The notes under the pieces were generated by a model. It saw only the letters and a program-made list of their open reading frames with translations, made no database searches and was not told the DNA's origin. Shown in pieces: positions 21,479 through 28,889 of a stretch of 64,000 nucleotides of DNA. Position 1 is the first letter of the stretch. Each line of letters starts with the position of its first letter. The stretch is taken from positions 115,099 to 179,098 of the forward strand of contig JAKFWA010000068.1 in NCBI GenBank assembly GCA_021732995.1, read 5' to 3'. The position numbers were made by a program, and so were the translations under genes. This stretch comes from Planctomycetaceae bacterium. GTDB taxonomy: Bacteria > Planctomycetota > Planctomycetia > Planctomycetales > Planctomycetaceae.

Positions 21479-21994
21479 GTGCAACCACGAATTGAAATCG
21501 ACGACGCATTCTATCCGGATCACGCCGCTCTTTTCTCGATGCTGGTCTCCTCGGTTGCCTGGGACAATCGAATGACTGCGCGACGCACCGCTTCCTTCGG
21601 GCGTCCCTACAACTACTCGCAAATTGAATATCCTGAAACGCCGTTCCCATCTGACCTGTTACCGCTCATTGACATGCTGGACGCACGGTTGGGTGTGCGG
21701 TTCAACAATTGCTTGCTGAATTACTACGAAACCGGCGACAACACAATGGGGTTCCACTCGGATGACACAGCCGGGCTGTTTCCGGCAACCGGCGTAGCCA
21801 TCGTCTCATTGGGTAGTGTGCGACACATCACATACCGTTCGAAAGACAAACCCGACATTCAAAAATCATTCGCACTGCAACCCGGTTCGTTGCTTTACAT
21901 GGATGACTCCATTCAGGAAAAATGGCTGCATGCAATCAAGCGGCAAAAAGATGCCGGTCCACGAATCAGTCTTACGTGGCGGGCATTCAGGTAA
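21479..21994 (+). CDS. Cassette 1: AlkB-like 2OG-Fe(II) dioxygenase
   Basis: GFHSDD (HxD), WLHAIKR and RISLTWR motifs match AlkB family signatures (RxNLTFR). GTG start. Confidence 0.75.
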   Translation: MQPRIEIDDAFYPDHAALFSMLVSSVAWDNRMTARRTASFGRPYNYSQIEYPETPFPSDLLPLIDMLDARLGVRFNNCLLNYYETGDNTMGFHSDDTAGLFPATGVAIVSLGSVRHITYRSKDKPDIQKSFALQPGSLLYMDDSIQEKWLHAIKRQKDAGPRISLTWRAFR

Positions 21995-21998
21995 TCAG

Positions 21999-22088
21999 GG
22001 CTAACAATCGGTTCAACCGGAGCCGCGGGCCGCGCGGTTTTCCTGTGGAGACTCGTTTGCCGCGGCCCGGTTAACCGTGTCGTTGGGC
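21999..22088 (+). repeat. attC-like site 1 (GGCTAAC ... GTTGGGC)
   Basis: Begins at the stop codon of cassette 1. Left arm AATCGGTTCAACCGGAGCCGCGGGC and right arm GCCGCGGCCCGGTTAACCGTGTC are complementary apart from two unpaired bases. Confidence 0.8.
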
Positions 22089-22226
22089 GATCCGAACCGC
22101 AGAAACCAATGAACCACAATTCCGCCCCGCGCTCGATGCGTTATCGCCGTTCGATGTCGTGTCCTGCGCCCGCCTGCGAATGACAGTCCGTCAAAATGCT
22201 CGGAGAAGCGTACTGGAGAACCAACC

Positions 22227-22772
22227 ATGTTTCAGTGGCTCTACAATCCAACGTATCGAACTGTGTCGTCTGCTGTGCGACCGGATTTGGCGGTTATCCG
22301 TTCGCAATTGAAGAAGTACGCTGACTACGGCTGTTGTTGTCCAAGATGCGGAACAATGCTCACGTCGGCGATGACTTACGCGTCCGGTAATGCGGATACG
22401 GCGATATCGATAATCGGTGAATGGCGTCGCTTCATTGAGCAAGCCCAAACGGAGATTGACCAATACGTCACAACGACCGTTCCGTTTTCAATTGCATTGG
22501 ACCGCAAACAATTGTTTGTCCATTTCGAAGCCGTCGCTTCGGCTAACAAACAATGGCAGGTCCGCGCTGAGGTCAAAGATTCCTATCGCGACGAATTCGT
22601 GCAGTCCGACGATGGGACTGAATTCGGCGGCTCGCACTTAGATGAGATGCCGTTTGTCAGCAGTTGGGGGCGAATGGCTAGCGTGTGGAGTCACCGAGAG
22701 GTCAGTCTTGTTGTGGACCGCATACCGTCGGTCCCGCAAATGATTCCGCTCATGGAATTAGTAAGCCGTTGA
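22227..22772 (+). CDS. Cassette 2: hypothetical protein (181 aa, CCCPRCG motif)
   Basis: ORF between attC-like sites 1 and 2. No known domain recognised. Confidence 0.55.
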   Translation: MFQWLYNPTYRTVSSAVRPDLAVIRSQLKKYADYGCCCPRCGTMLTSAMTYASGNADTAISIIGEWRRFIEQAQTEIDQYVTTTVPFSIALDRKQLFVHFEAVASANKQWQVRAEVKDSYRDEFVQSDDGTEFGGSHLDEMPFVSSWGRMASVWSHREVSLVVDRIPSVPQMIPLMELVSR

Positions 22773-22779
22773 AGGCATC

Positions 22780-22870
22780 GCCCAACAAGCCGGTCAACGC
22801 GAGCGGCGGCTCGCGCGTTCTCTGTCTTCCATTTCGCTGGCCGCCGCCCGCGTTACCTTGGACGTTACAC
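22780..22870 (+). repeat. attC-like site 2 (GCCCAAC ... GTTACAC)
   Basis: Inverse core GCCCAAC is the reverse complement of the GTTGGGC that ends site 1. Internal CGAGCGGCGG / CCGCCGCCCG inverted repeat. Confidence 0.8.
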
Positions 22871-22884
22871 CAGAGAGTTGGCGC

Positions 22885-23574
22885 ATGCCCGAAGAATCAA
22901 CCGCTGACTCTGAGATCGTTCATCTCACGGCGCTGCAGAGTATCCGGCACAGACCATCCATGTACATCGGCGATGAATCTGGGAAGATCAATCCGAATAC
23001 GCTCGTGATTGAAGCAATGTGTTTGGCATGGTCGAACGCATGTGATGGTTGCTGCAGCACAATCAGCATCAGCCTGGTTGATGATACGGTTACGATCTGG
23101 GACGATGGCCCGGGATTGGATGTCACCAAACAATTGTCGGATACTCATTCCCTGATTCGTGCTGTATTCAGTGAAATCCACGCTTGCCGTGACGCAAAAG
23201 CAAATCAGAGTCGAGATGTTTGCCGAGTTGGCATCGCCGTGGTGACTGCGTTAAGCAAGGCAACGATTTACGAAACAGCCCAATGTGGCTTTGTTTGGCG
23301 GCAGTCGTTTACTGCCGAGGACTCCAATCGTAAGCTTGAAAAAATTGCCGCAACAACCGAACAATGGCAGCGCGTCACGTTCGTACGCGACCCCACAATA
23401 TTTGGCCCAAACAAAATTACTTGTGACGGGGTCATCGAGGTTCATAACGCCGCGTCAAACGGCCTGCCGCCGTACGAGAAGAACAGATTGCCAGCAGCCA
23501 ACGTACGGCTTACACTGGCGGACGCTGCGACGAACAGTTGTATCGTTCTAAATGCAGGTGTAACAAAACGCTGA
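22885..23574 (+). CDS. Cassette 3: stand-alone GyrB N-terminal (24-kDa GHKL ATPase subdomain)-like protein with degenerate ATP-lid
   Basis: LTALQSIRHRPSMYIGD aligns to GyrB LDAVRKRPGMYIGD. WSNACDG aligns to VDNAIDE, and DDGPGLD to DDGRGIP. The C-terminal VTFVRDP...VRLTLAD aligns to the GyrB VRFWPS...IRLRD region. The glycine-rich G2 box is degenerate. The start is moved to the second ATG (22885) because the first ATG overlaps the attC-2 core. Confidence 0.65.
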   Translation: MPEESTADSEIVHLTALQSIRHRPSMYIGDESGKINPNTLVIEAMCLAWSNACDGCCSTISISLVDDTVTIWDDGPGLDVTKQLSDTHSLIRAVFSEIHACRDAKANQSRDVCRVGIAVVTALSKATIYETAQCGFVWRQSFTAEDSNRKLEKIAATTEQWQRVTFVRDPTIFGPNKITCDGVIEVHNAASNGLPPYEKNRLPAANVRLTLADAATNSCIVLNAGVTKR

Positions 23575-23647
23575 ACCCGAGTTGCCGAAGACGGGTTCTT
23601 GAAATGGAAGCTCACTCGCGGCAACCGGGTTAGCGTAGTCGTTCGCC
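23558..23647 (+). repeat. attC-like site 3 (GTGTAAC ... GTTCGCC)
   Basis: Inverse core GTGTAAC overlaps the last codons of cassette 3 and is the reverse complement of the GTTACAC ending site 2. Arms AAAACGCTGAACCCGAGTTGCCG and CGCGGCAACCGGGTTAGCGTAGTC are complementary apart from two unpaired bases (G and A). Confidence 0.8.
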
Positions 23648-23657
23648 GAGAGATTGC

Positions 23658-24248
23658 ATGCTTGCACCACTCGTCCTGCCCTTCCAGATTACTGTCGCTT
23701 CCTTCGCAGTACTTTGGTGCGTGGGAGCGCTTACACTCCGGACTCCAAAGCGAATTGCTTGGCTTTCAGTTGCCGCCGTTTTCCTCTTAATCCCATCCTG
23801 TGTCGGCGTAATGGCTGTCGTCGACTTACAGCGCTACGGGCGATTCGACTACGCACGTGCATCTGACATTCCCAACGACGGTTACATTGAACTTCCCGTA
23901 AATGCCACGGACATTACTCTCTACCGAAATGGTGCAGGTCACTGGGCGAAATTCACTATCGACATTGCATCGTTGCGATCTTGGATCGACGAACGTCGTT
24001 CATTGCGGCCGGACTTGAATCGACATCATGACGACGAAAACTGGTTGACAAAGACCACCGACCCCCAACGTCCTGTTATGCATGAACTGAACCAGCAGAT
24101 TTTCGGCGACCGTTTTCCGGAAACCGGATGGACTTACGACCCATCAATGCTGCAGTTGCAAGTTAGCCGTTCTGACAGAGGTGGCGGCTATACCGTGTGG
24201 CATGTCCCATCAACTGGCGATACATTCATCAGTGCCGGATACTGGTAA
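23658..24248 (+). CDS. Cassette 4: membrane protein (2 predicted TM helices), hypothetical
   Basis: Hydrophobic segments LVLPFQITVASFAVLWCVGALTL and WLSVAAVFLLIPSCVGVMAVV. Confidence 0.55.
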   Translation: MLAPLVLPFQITVASFAVLWCVGALTLRTPKRIAWLSVAAVFLLIPSCVGVMAVVDLQRYGRFDYARASDIPNDGYIELPVNATDITLYRNGAGHWAKFTIDIASLRSWIDERRSLRPDLNRHHDDENWLTKTTDPQRPVMHELNQQIFGDRFPETGWTYDPSMLQLQVSRSDRGGGYTVWHVPSTGDTFISAGYW

Positions 24249-24252
24249 CGAC

Positions 24253-24342
24253 GGCGAACAAAGCGTTGAACGCGAGCGGGCGATCACGCCGGTCTTGAAG
24301 TCAAGATCCAACGCGCCCGCCGCGTTAACGCAAGCGTTAGGC
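24253..24342 (+). repeat. attC-like site 4 (GGCGAAC ... GTTAGGC)
   Basis: Reverse complement of the previous core GTTCGCC. Arms AAAGCGTTGAACGCGAGCGGGCG and CGCGCCCGCCGCGTTAACGCAAGC. Confidence 0.8.
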
Positions 24343-24355
24343 GGAGGGGTGGCGG

Positions 24356-24736
24356 ATGGCATTGCTGGCGTGGGGCGCAAGTCGGTGTTCGATCTGCCAC
24401 GAGTTGCTGATCCCGGGCCAACTGATCATGGCCACCACCCACTTCATCGCCGATCCGGCCGATCCGCTCTGCCGGTTCTCCGACACCGGTATGCACGCGG
24501 CGTGCTTCGTTAGATGGGAGCACCGGGACGAATTCGCGGCCCGCTACCAAGCGGTAATGGGCCGCACGCTGTCCGGGTGGGTTCCTGCGGTACCTGCCAA
24601 CCCAGACGCTCCGCCACTACCAAGGTTCCGGCTGGCGGTGTTGAGCACACCGGAGTCACGAGCCGATTACTTCGCGGCGTTGCTGGCGAGTGTGGCACCA
24701 GACGCCGTACCTGGCGGATTGGATTGTGAATCGTAA
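24356..24736 (+). CDS. Cassette 5: hypothetical Cys/His-containing protein (126 aa)
   Basis: ORF between attC-like sites 4 and 5. CSICHE motif. Confidence 0.5.
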   Translation: MALLAWGASRCSICHELLIPGQLIMATTHFIADPADPLCRFSDTGMHAACFVRWEHRDEFAARYQAVMGRTLSGWVPAVPANPDAPPLPRFRLAVLSTPESRADYFAALLASVAPDAVPGGLDCES

Positions 24737-24749
24737 ATTCAACCATACC

Positions 24750-24839
24750 GCCTAACAAAAAAATGCACCCGACCGCCCGGTCTTGGTCGAATATAATGGT
24801 TCACCCACTCCGGGCGGCGGGTGATTTTTGGCGTTCGCC
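24750..24839 (+). repeat. attC-like site 5 (GCCTAAC ... GTTCGCC)
   Basis: Arms AAAAAAATGCACCCGACCGCCCGG and CCGGGCGGCGGGTGATTTTTGGC. The unpaired G and A sit at the same relative positions as in site 3. Confidence 0.8.
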
Positions 24840-24850
24840 TTGGAGGCACG

Positions 24851-25342
24851 ATGGACGAGGAGATTGCTGAGATCATCCGCCAGCACGGCTGGTACGCCGC
24901 AAACGTAAACGATGCGGACCCGCCGTTTCTCTACACCATCGGCCTCATGGAAAGGTGCAAGCATCCTGAATTCATCATCTTCGGTATTGACGCGGACAGT
25001 GCATATACCCTTTTTGCTGGCCTGATCGCTGACATTCAACGCGGCCAGACGTACTCGGAAAATGGCGTGCGTACAATCGAATTGGGCGGCGACAAACACC
25101 AAGTTGGCTTTCGACGTGTCCATCCAACGCAGCATCCGTTGTATCTTGGATTTGCAATGGGATTCCTGACCAACTCCGGGCGGATCGGTGAACTCAGCGC
25201 AATGCAGGCGTTTTGGCCAGATGACAAAGGGCGATTCCCTTTCGACACCGGTTGTGATATCGCCGTGTACAATTTGCAGCCACGTCTCGATATTGGCTTG
25301 ACGCCCCGCGAAATTCGGGAATTTGAACGTCGCTGGCAATAA
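24851..25342 (+). CDS. Cassette 6: DUF4262-like protein
   Basis: [35 protein letters not shown] matches my recollection of the DUF4262 N-terminal signature. The start is trimmed to the ATG at 24851, which has GGAGG 5 nt upstream, because the longer ORF overlaps the attC-5 core. Confidence 0.55.
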   Translation: MDEEIAEIIRQHGWYAANVNDADPPFLYTIGLMERCKHPEFIIFGIDADSAYTLFAGLIADIQRGQTYSENGVRTIELGGDKHQVGFRRVHPTQHPLYLGFAMGFLTNSGRIGELSAMQAFWPDDKGRFPFDTGCDIAVYNLQPRLDIGLTPREIREFERRWQ

Positions 25343-25345
25343 CGA

Positions 25346-25436
25346 GGCGAACAAGGCGGTCAATCCGAGCGGCGGATCGGGTGTTGTCGCAAATCAAAGG
25401 ATTCTGGCCGCCGCCGGGTTACCTTGGTCGTTAGGC
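25346..25436 (+). repeat. attC-like site 6 (GGCGAAC ... GTTAGGC)
   Basis: Close paralogue of sites 2 and 4. Internal GAGCGGCGG / CCGCCGCCGGG inverted repeat. Confidence 0.8.
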
Positions 25437-25518
25437 AGGAAAGGTCTTCTCCATTTCCTTCAAAGCACGATTAGACGTATACCGCCTGAATTCCGATGGC
25501 CATGTCGCTCCACTCGAC

Positions 25519-25779
25519 TTGCAGTTGGCGCGGTCTATTACATCTGACCTTGTTGACCGACTTCCAGATGGTTCAGTTCCAGAGTGTCGACCTGAAATGC
25601 TTGGACGTTTCGACGGCGAACCGGCATATGTGGACCGCCGAGGCGTATTGATTGTCAATATTGGTTACCAAGATACGGCTCGCTTGTTTGCCGCCTTGTG
25701 TCGGCTTGTCAAACAACTTCACATTGAAGTATGGCTGGGCGACAGCAACGAATGTTGGACTGATCGGGTGCGTGCCTAA
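25519..25779 (+). CDS. Cassette 7: small hypothetical protein (86 aa)
   Basis: Its stop codon TAA lies inside the inverse core GCCTAAC of the next site. Confidence 0.45.
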   Translation: MQLARSITSDLVDRLPDGSVPECRPEMLGRFDGEPAYVDRRGVLIVNIGYQDTARLFAALCRLVKQLHIEVWLGDSNECWTDRVRA

Positions 25780-25855
25780 CAAGCGGTACCACCCGACGTA
25801 TGGTTGCGTCTTGATGCTAGCTTCGAGCTTCAGCAGTCGCATCCGATTGTTCATG
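25774..25855 (+). repeat. attC-like site 7, degenerate (GCCTAAC ... GTTCATG?)
   Basis: The inverse core is the exact reverse complement of the GTTAGGC ending site 6. The arms are poorly complementary and the 3' core is non-canonical, so this is probably the decayed end of the array. Confidence 0.4.
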
Positions 25856-25857
25856 GC

Positions 25858-26100
25858 CTACCGCCTTTGAGTCGCCTGCCACTCTGCCACAAGTTCCTCA
25901 ATGAATCGCAGCCCTTCTTCTTGCTCGGCTGTCGGGGGCGGCGCCTCCCACTGCCTGCCAGTCTCTTCGAAGTAGCAAGCTCGGCGTTCTTCGACCTCAA
26001 GCAACTCAGTGCGAAGTTCTCGAATGTATTCCCGAACGAACGCAGCTCTTCGCGCAGCGTGCCTCGACTCGAGCATCATTAGTTTACCGAGCCGGTTCAT
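25858..26100 (-). CDS. Small charged helical hypothetical protein, opposite strand to the cassettes
   Basis: The 80-aa ORF is protein-like (RELRTELLEVEERRACYFEETGRQWE). It is better than the overlapping plus-frame ORF. Confidence 0.35.
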   Translation of the reverse strand: MNRLGKLMMLESRHAARRAAFVREYIRELRTELLEVEERRACYFEETGRQWEAPPPTAEQEEGLRFIEELVAEWQATQRR

Positions 26101-26259
26101 TCCAGGGTCTCCAGTCGCTCAAGGCGAGTGGCGAACTCGACTGAGTCGCGGAGCTTGGTCCCCAGTTCCAAGAGCTTCACTGCAGCCGAGAGCTTCGCAG
26201 CGTCGCTGTCGGCCTCGTCGACCAGCGTGACACGCCGATCCACTGCCTTGCCTGATGCA

Positions 26260-26538
26260 TCAGCCAATCGGCCCAGGGCAGCATTCCACAGTTCGCCGCG
26301 AACGCGATTCAGCTCGCTGACGAATGCGGCATTCTTCAGCCGACGCTTCCAGGCTCGTGAAGTTGATCATGCCGATGGTCAGGCCGACCGTGCCGGTGCC
26401 ATTCGTTGTGCCGTCCGGTGAGTAGTTCGGGTTCTGCGTGCCATCACCCACCACCACCAGCCGATCCTTGCCCGCACCGGCGTCGAACGTCAGACCGCCA
26501 GCAGGAATCGGATCGCCATTAGACCTCCCCGCATTCAA
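26260..26538 (-). pseudogene. Fragment resembling an RTX / hemolysin-type Ca-binding repeat protein
   Basis: GGLTFDAGAGKDRLVVVGDGT resembles GGxGxDxL nonapeptide repeats. The ORF is short and flanked by frame breaks. Confidence 0.3.
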
Positions 26539-26680
26539 AGCGCATCCCTATCCCGCAGCTTCTGCACAATCCGCTCCGGGCCGTGATGCTTTCGTCTCTT
26601 CGCTGACATCGAGAATCTCCTCGCCCTCTCCGGTCTGCACAAACTCTCATACCACCTGGCTCAGGAAATGGGCAGCAGGC

Positions 26681-28234
26681 TCATGAAACGGGGCCCGCGA
26701 CTTCTGCATTGCTGCCAGCTTCGCTCGGTGCCTTCACGCAGCCGAGGCACGCTTCCGCCGGGCCAGCGAGCACCTCGCCGGTGGCCTGGAATCTTGAACC
26801 ATGGCATGGGCAATCCCAGGCCTGCTCGGCACCATTCCAATTCACCAAGCAGCCCATGTGAGTGCAATACGGCGACAACTGAGTGACCTGCCCATTCCCG
26901 TCGCGGTACACAGCCACCCTCTTGCCATCAATCTTCAGGATCTTGCCTTCCCGCCGCTTAACGTCCCTGAGCGACGTTCCCTCACCGCCCGTTAATCGGT
27001 CCTTGATCATATAATACGGGTAGTCAATGTTCTCTTTGATATAGTTGAAGATCGAGCTGAGCTTTTTGCGACGAATCGTGAACAGATCTCGCCACGGATT
27101 TTCTTTACCCTGCACCGCGTCCCGCGCCATCATGGCGGCGAGAGTCCCGTACGTGAGTCCGTTGCCGGAAAATCCTGTGGCGACAAACTGGCCCGGCACC
27201 GTCTCACCAATGAATGGCAAGCCATCAACAGATTCTATTACCTGCCCCGACCAGCGGTGGTTGACGTTCGCTTCAGGAAAATACTTCTTTAATAACTCTT
27301 CAAGCTGCGCGAAGTGAGCCTTCGGGTCGGAGTCCTGACCGGTCTTGTGGTCCAGACCACCAAATACTGCATAGTCGTATTTAGCACGACGCTCTGAGCG
27401 AAAGTAGTAGTACGGGTCCGACGTATCCCAAAACAGCGCATCCGGAACTGCACCATGCGAGATCTTGGCACCAATCACGTAGCTGACGTACGGTGAAATC
27501 TTGGTCTGAAACAAGGTCGCATCAATCAGACCGGTCTTTCCCATCAGAGGGACATCAGTCGCAATCACGATGAATCGACAACTGACAGTTTTGCCATTTG
27601 CCTGGAAGCTCAGGGAGTCACTGGAGAATTCCGTTGCTTCAGTGTGTTCAAAAACATGGCTACCGTCACCAGGAATTCGCTGCACTAAGGCATCCAGGTA
27701 ACGAAGTGGATGAAACCGCGCCTGATTCGAGAACTGAATCCCCGGTCGATTAAATACTGGCACCGATTCGACGTATGTCGCTGGAAATCCAAGTGTCTCA
27801 GCAAGCCGCGCATCTTCCAGCAGCTCCTTCGATTCGTCTCGCTCTTCTTGAAGGGCAGCATGCAAAAAACCGGGGACCCGCGCGAAGTCACAGTCGATGC
27901 CCTCATCCGCGACAATCTGTTCGATCTGTTGAATCGCAGCTTCCCCGGCGTCCCAGATGGCTTGTGCATGATCCTGGCCGAACTTTGATACCAGCTCACT
28001 CAATCGAAGATCTGTCACACATGTCAAGTGCGCGGACGTGTGAGCTGTATCCGCCGCCCCAACACGATCTCGTTCAATGAGAGCGACTTTGAGCCCCGCC
28101 TTCTTCATCAGGTAGGCGGCTGTAACTCCAGTATTGCCGCCTCCAATAACCGCGACATCCACAGTGATGTCTTCTGCAATTGCCGGAAATGTGGGCGGAT
28201 TTGAAGTGGCAATCCAGGATGAATTCGTTGTCAT
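26681..28234 (-). CDS. FAD-dependent oxidoreductase fused to a C-terminal Rieske [2Fe-2S] domain
   Basis: GxGxxG within VAVIGGGNTGVTAAYLM at the N-terminus. Rieske motifs CTHMGC ... CPCHGSRF at the C-terminus. Confidence 0.85.
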   Translation of the reverse strand: MTTNSSWIATSNPPTFPAIAEDITVDVAVIGGGNTGVTAAYLMKKAGLKVALIERDRVGAADTAHTSAHLTCVTDLRLSELVSKFGQDHAQAIWDAGEAAIQQIEQIVADEGIDCDFARVPGFLHAALQEERDESKELLEDARLAETLGFPATYVESVPVFNRPGIQFSNQARFHPLRYLDALVQRIPGDGSHVFEHTEATEFSSDSLSFQANGKTVSCRFIVIATDVPLMGKTGLIDATLFQTKISPYVSYVIGAKISHGAVPDALFWDTSDPYYYFRSERRAKYDYAVFGGLDHKTGQDSDPKAHFAQLEELLKKYFPEANVNHRWSGQVIESVDGLPFIGETVPGQFVATGFSGNGLTYGTLAAMMARDAVQGKENPWRDLFTIRRKKLSSIFNYIKENIDYPYYMIKDRLTGGEGTSLRDVKRREGKILKIDGKRVAVYRDGNGQVTQLSPYCTHMGCLVNWNGAEQAWDCPCHGSRFQATGEVLAGPAEACLGCVKAPSEAGSNAEVAGPVS

Positions 28235-28889
28235 GATAATTCACTCTCGTTGATCGACGGTGATTGAATTCGCGCGTAAACGGCGCGATTCCGAAGAACC
28301 CCGGGTTCTTCCCGTCAGAGGTGGGCTTACGTAAGTGGCCTTCCGGAACTTCAGCGCCGCGAAGTGTCATGACGCAATTGGCATGCCTACGTTATCAGCA
28401 GCGCAACGATCAAGGATCTCTGCTGAAAACTGATGCGACAGGTAAACAGGCGAAATCCACCTGCGGCTTCATGCATCTGGTGCTGACGCCGTCCCCGTAA
28501 TTCGACTTTGATGTGTCGCTGCATGGAGTTGGACTCGTTCGTCGCGTCACAAAACCAAAGGGCGCGTTGACGGATTATGCGCCTGCAAGTATTACCAACG
28601 GGCATCTGGCAAGACTGGGTCAGAATGTGATCCAGCAGGTTTGTTTTGTTCCCCTCGGCCGGAACGACGAATAGACACTCTTTGATTGTATCCGTCATGG
28701 AAGCTCAACAAATTCGCGGCCAAACTCACCGACGTCCTCGCATGACCCGCGGAGCTTCAACTGCCCTGCCGCCCCACTGATTCACTGTGGAATGCAACTT
28801 GCGGAACGAGAAAGCCGTGGATCAATGGCCAGATTACTGAGCCAGGAACAATTCGTTGATCCAGCTTATTTATCTGCGAGGAGCGAATA

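Larger units (their letters stand above)
21453..25855 (+). mobile_element. Integron-type gene-cassette array, seven cassettes; no integrase ORF in the window (CALIN-like)
   Basis: Each plus-strand ORF is followed by a ~90-bp attC-like site running from an RYYYAAC-type inverse core to a GTTRRRY-type core. Adjacent sites obey the cassette-junction rule: the core ending one site is the exact reverse complement of the inverse core starting the next. The pairs are GTTAGCC/GGCTAAC, GTTGGGC/GCCCAAC, GTTACAC/GTGTAAC, GTTCGCC/GGCGAAC, GTTAGGC/GCCTAAC, GTTCGCC/GGCGAAC and GTTAGGC/GCCTAAC. The arms of each site are complementary apart from two single unpaired bases at conserved positions. Confidence 0.8.

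Noticed and set aside
22858-22884. First ATG of the GyrB-like ORF, and likewise 24821-24850 for the DUF4262 ORF
   Set aside because: These codons lie inside the attC core of the preceding cassette. Downstream ATGs have better spacing and a Shine-Dalgarno and match the homologue N-termini.
21453-25855. Possibility that the ~90-bp spaced repeats are a CRISPR array
   Set aside because: The repeats are ~90 bp imperfect palindromes separated by 400-700-bp protein-coding ORFs, not 25-40-bp exact repeats with short spacers. The junction complementarity rule fits attC sites, not CRISPR.
28293-28311. Palindrome GAAGAACCCCGGGTTCTTC and neighbouring TCGCGCGTAAACGGCGCGA hairpin
   Set aside because: Short isolated palindromes in a divergent promoter region. 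They are possibly operator sites, but there is no repeat or partner evidence, so they are not called.
28387-28698. 103-aa minus-strand ORF in the 650-bp divergent intergenic region
   Set aside because: No ribosome-binding site and no motif, in an AT-richer promoter-like region between the FAD-Rieske and DUF892 genes.
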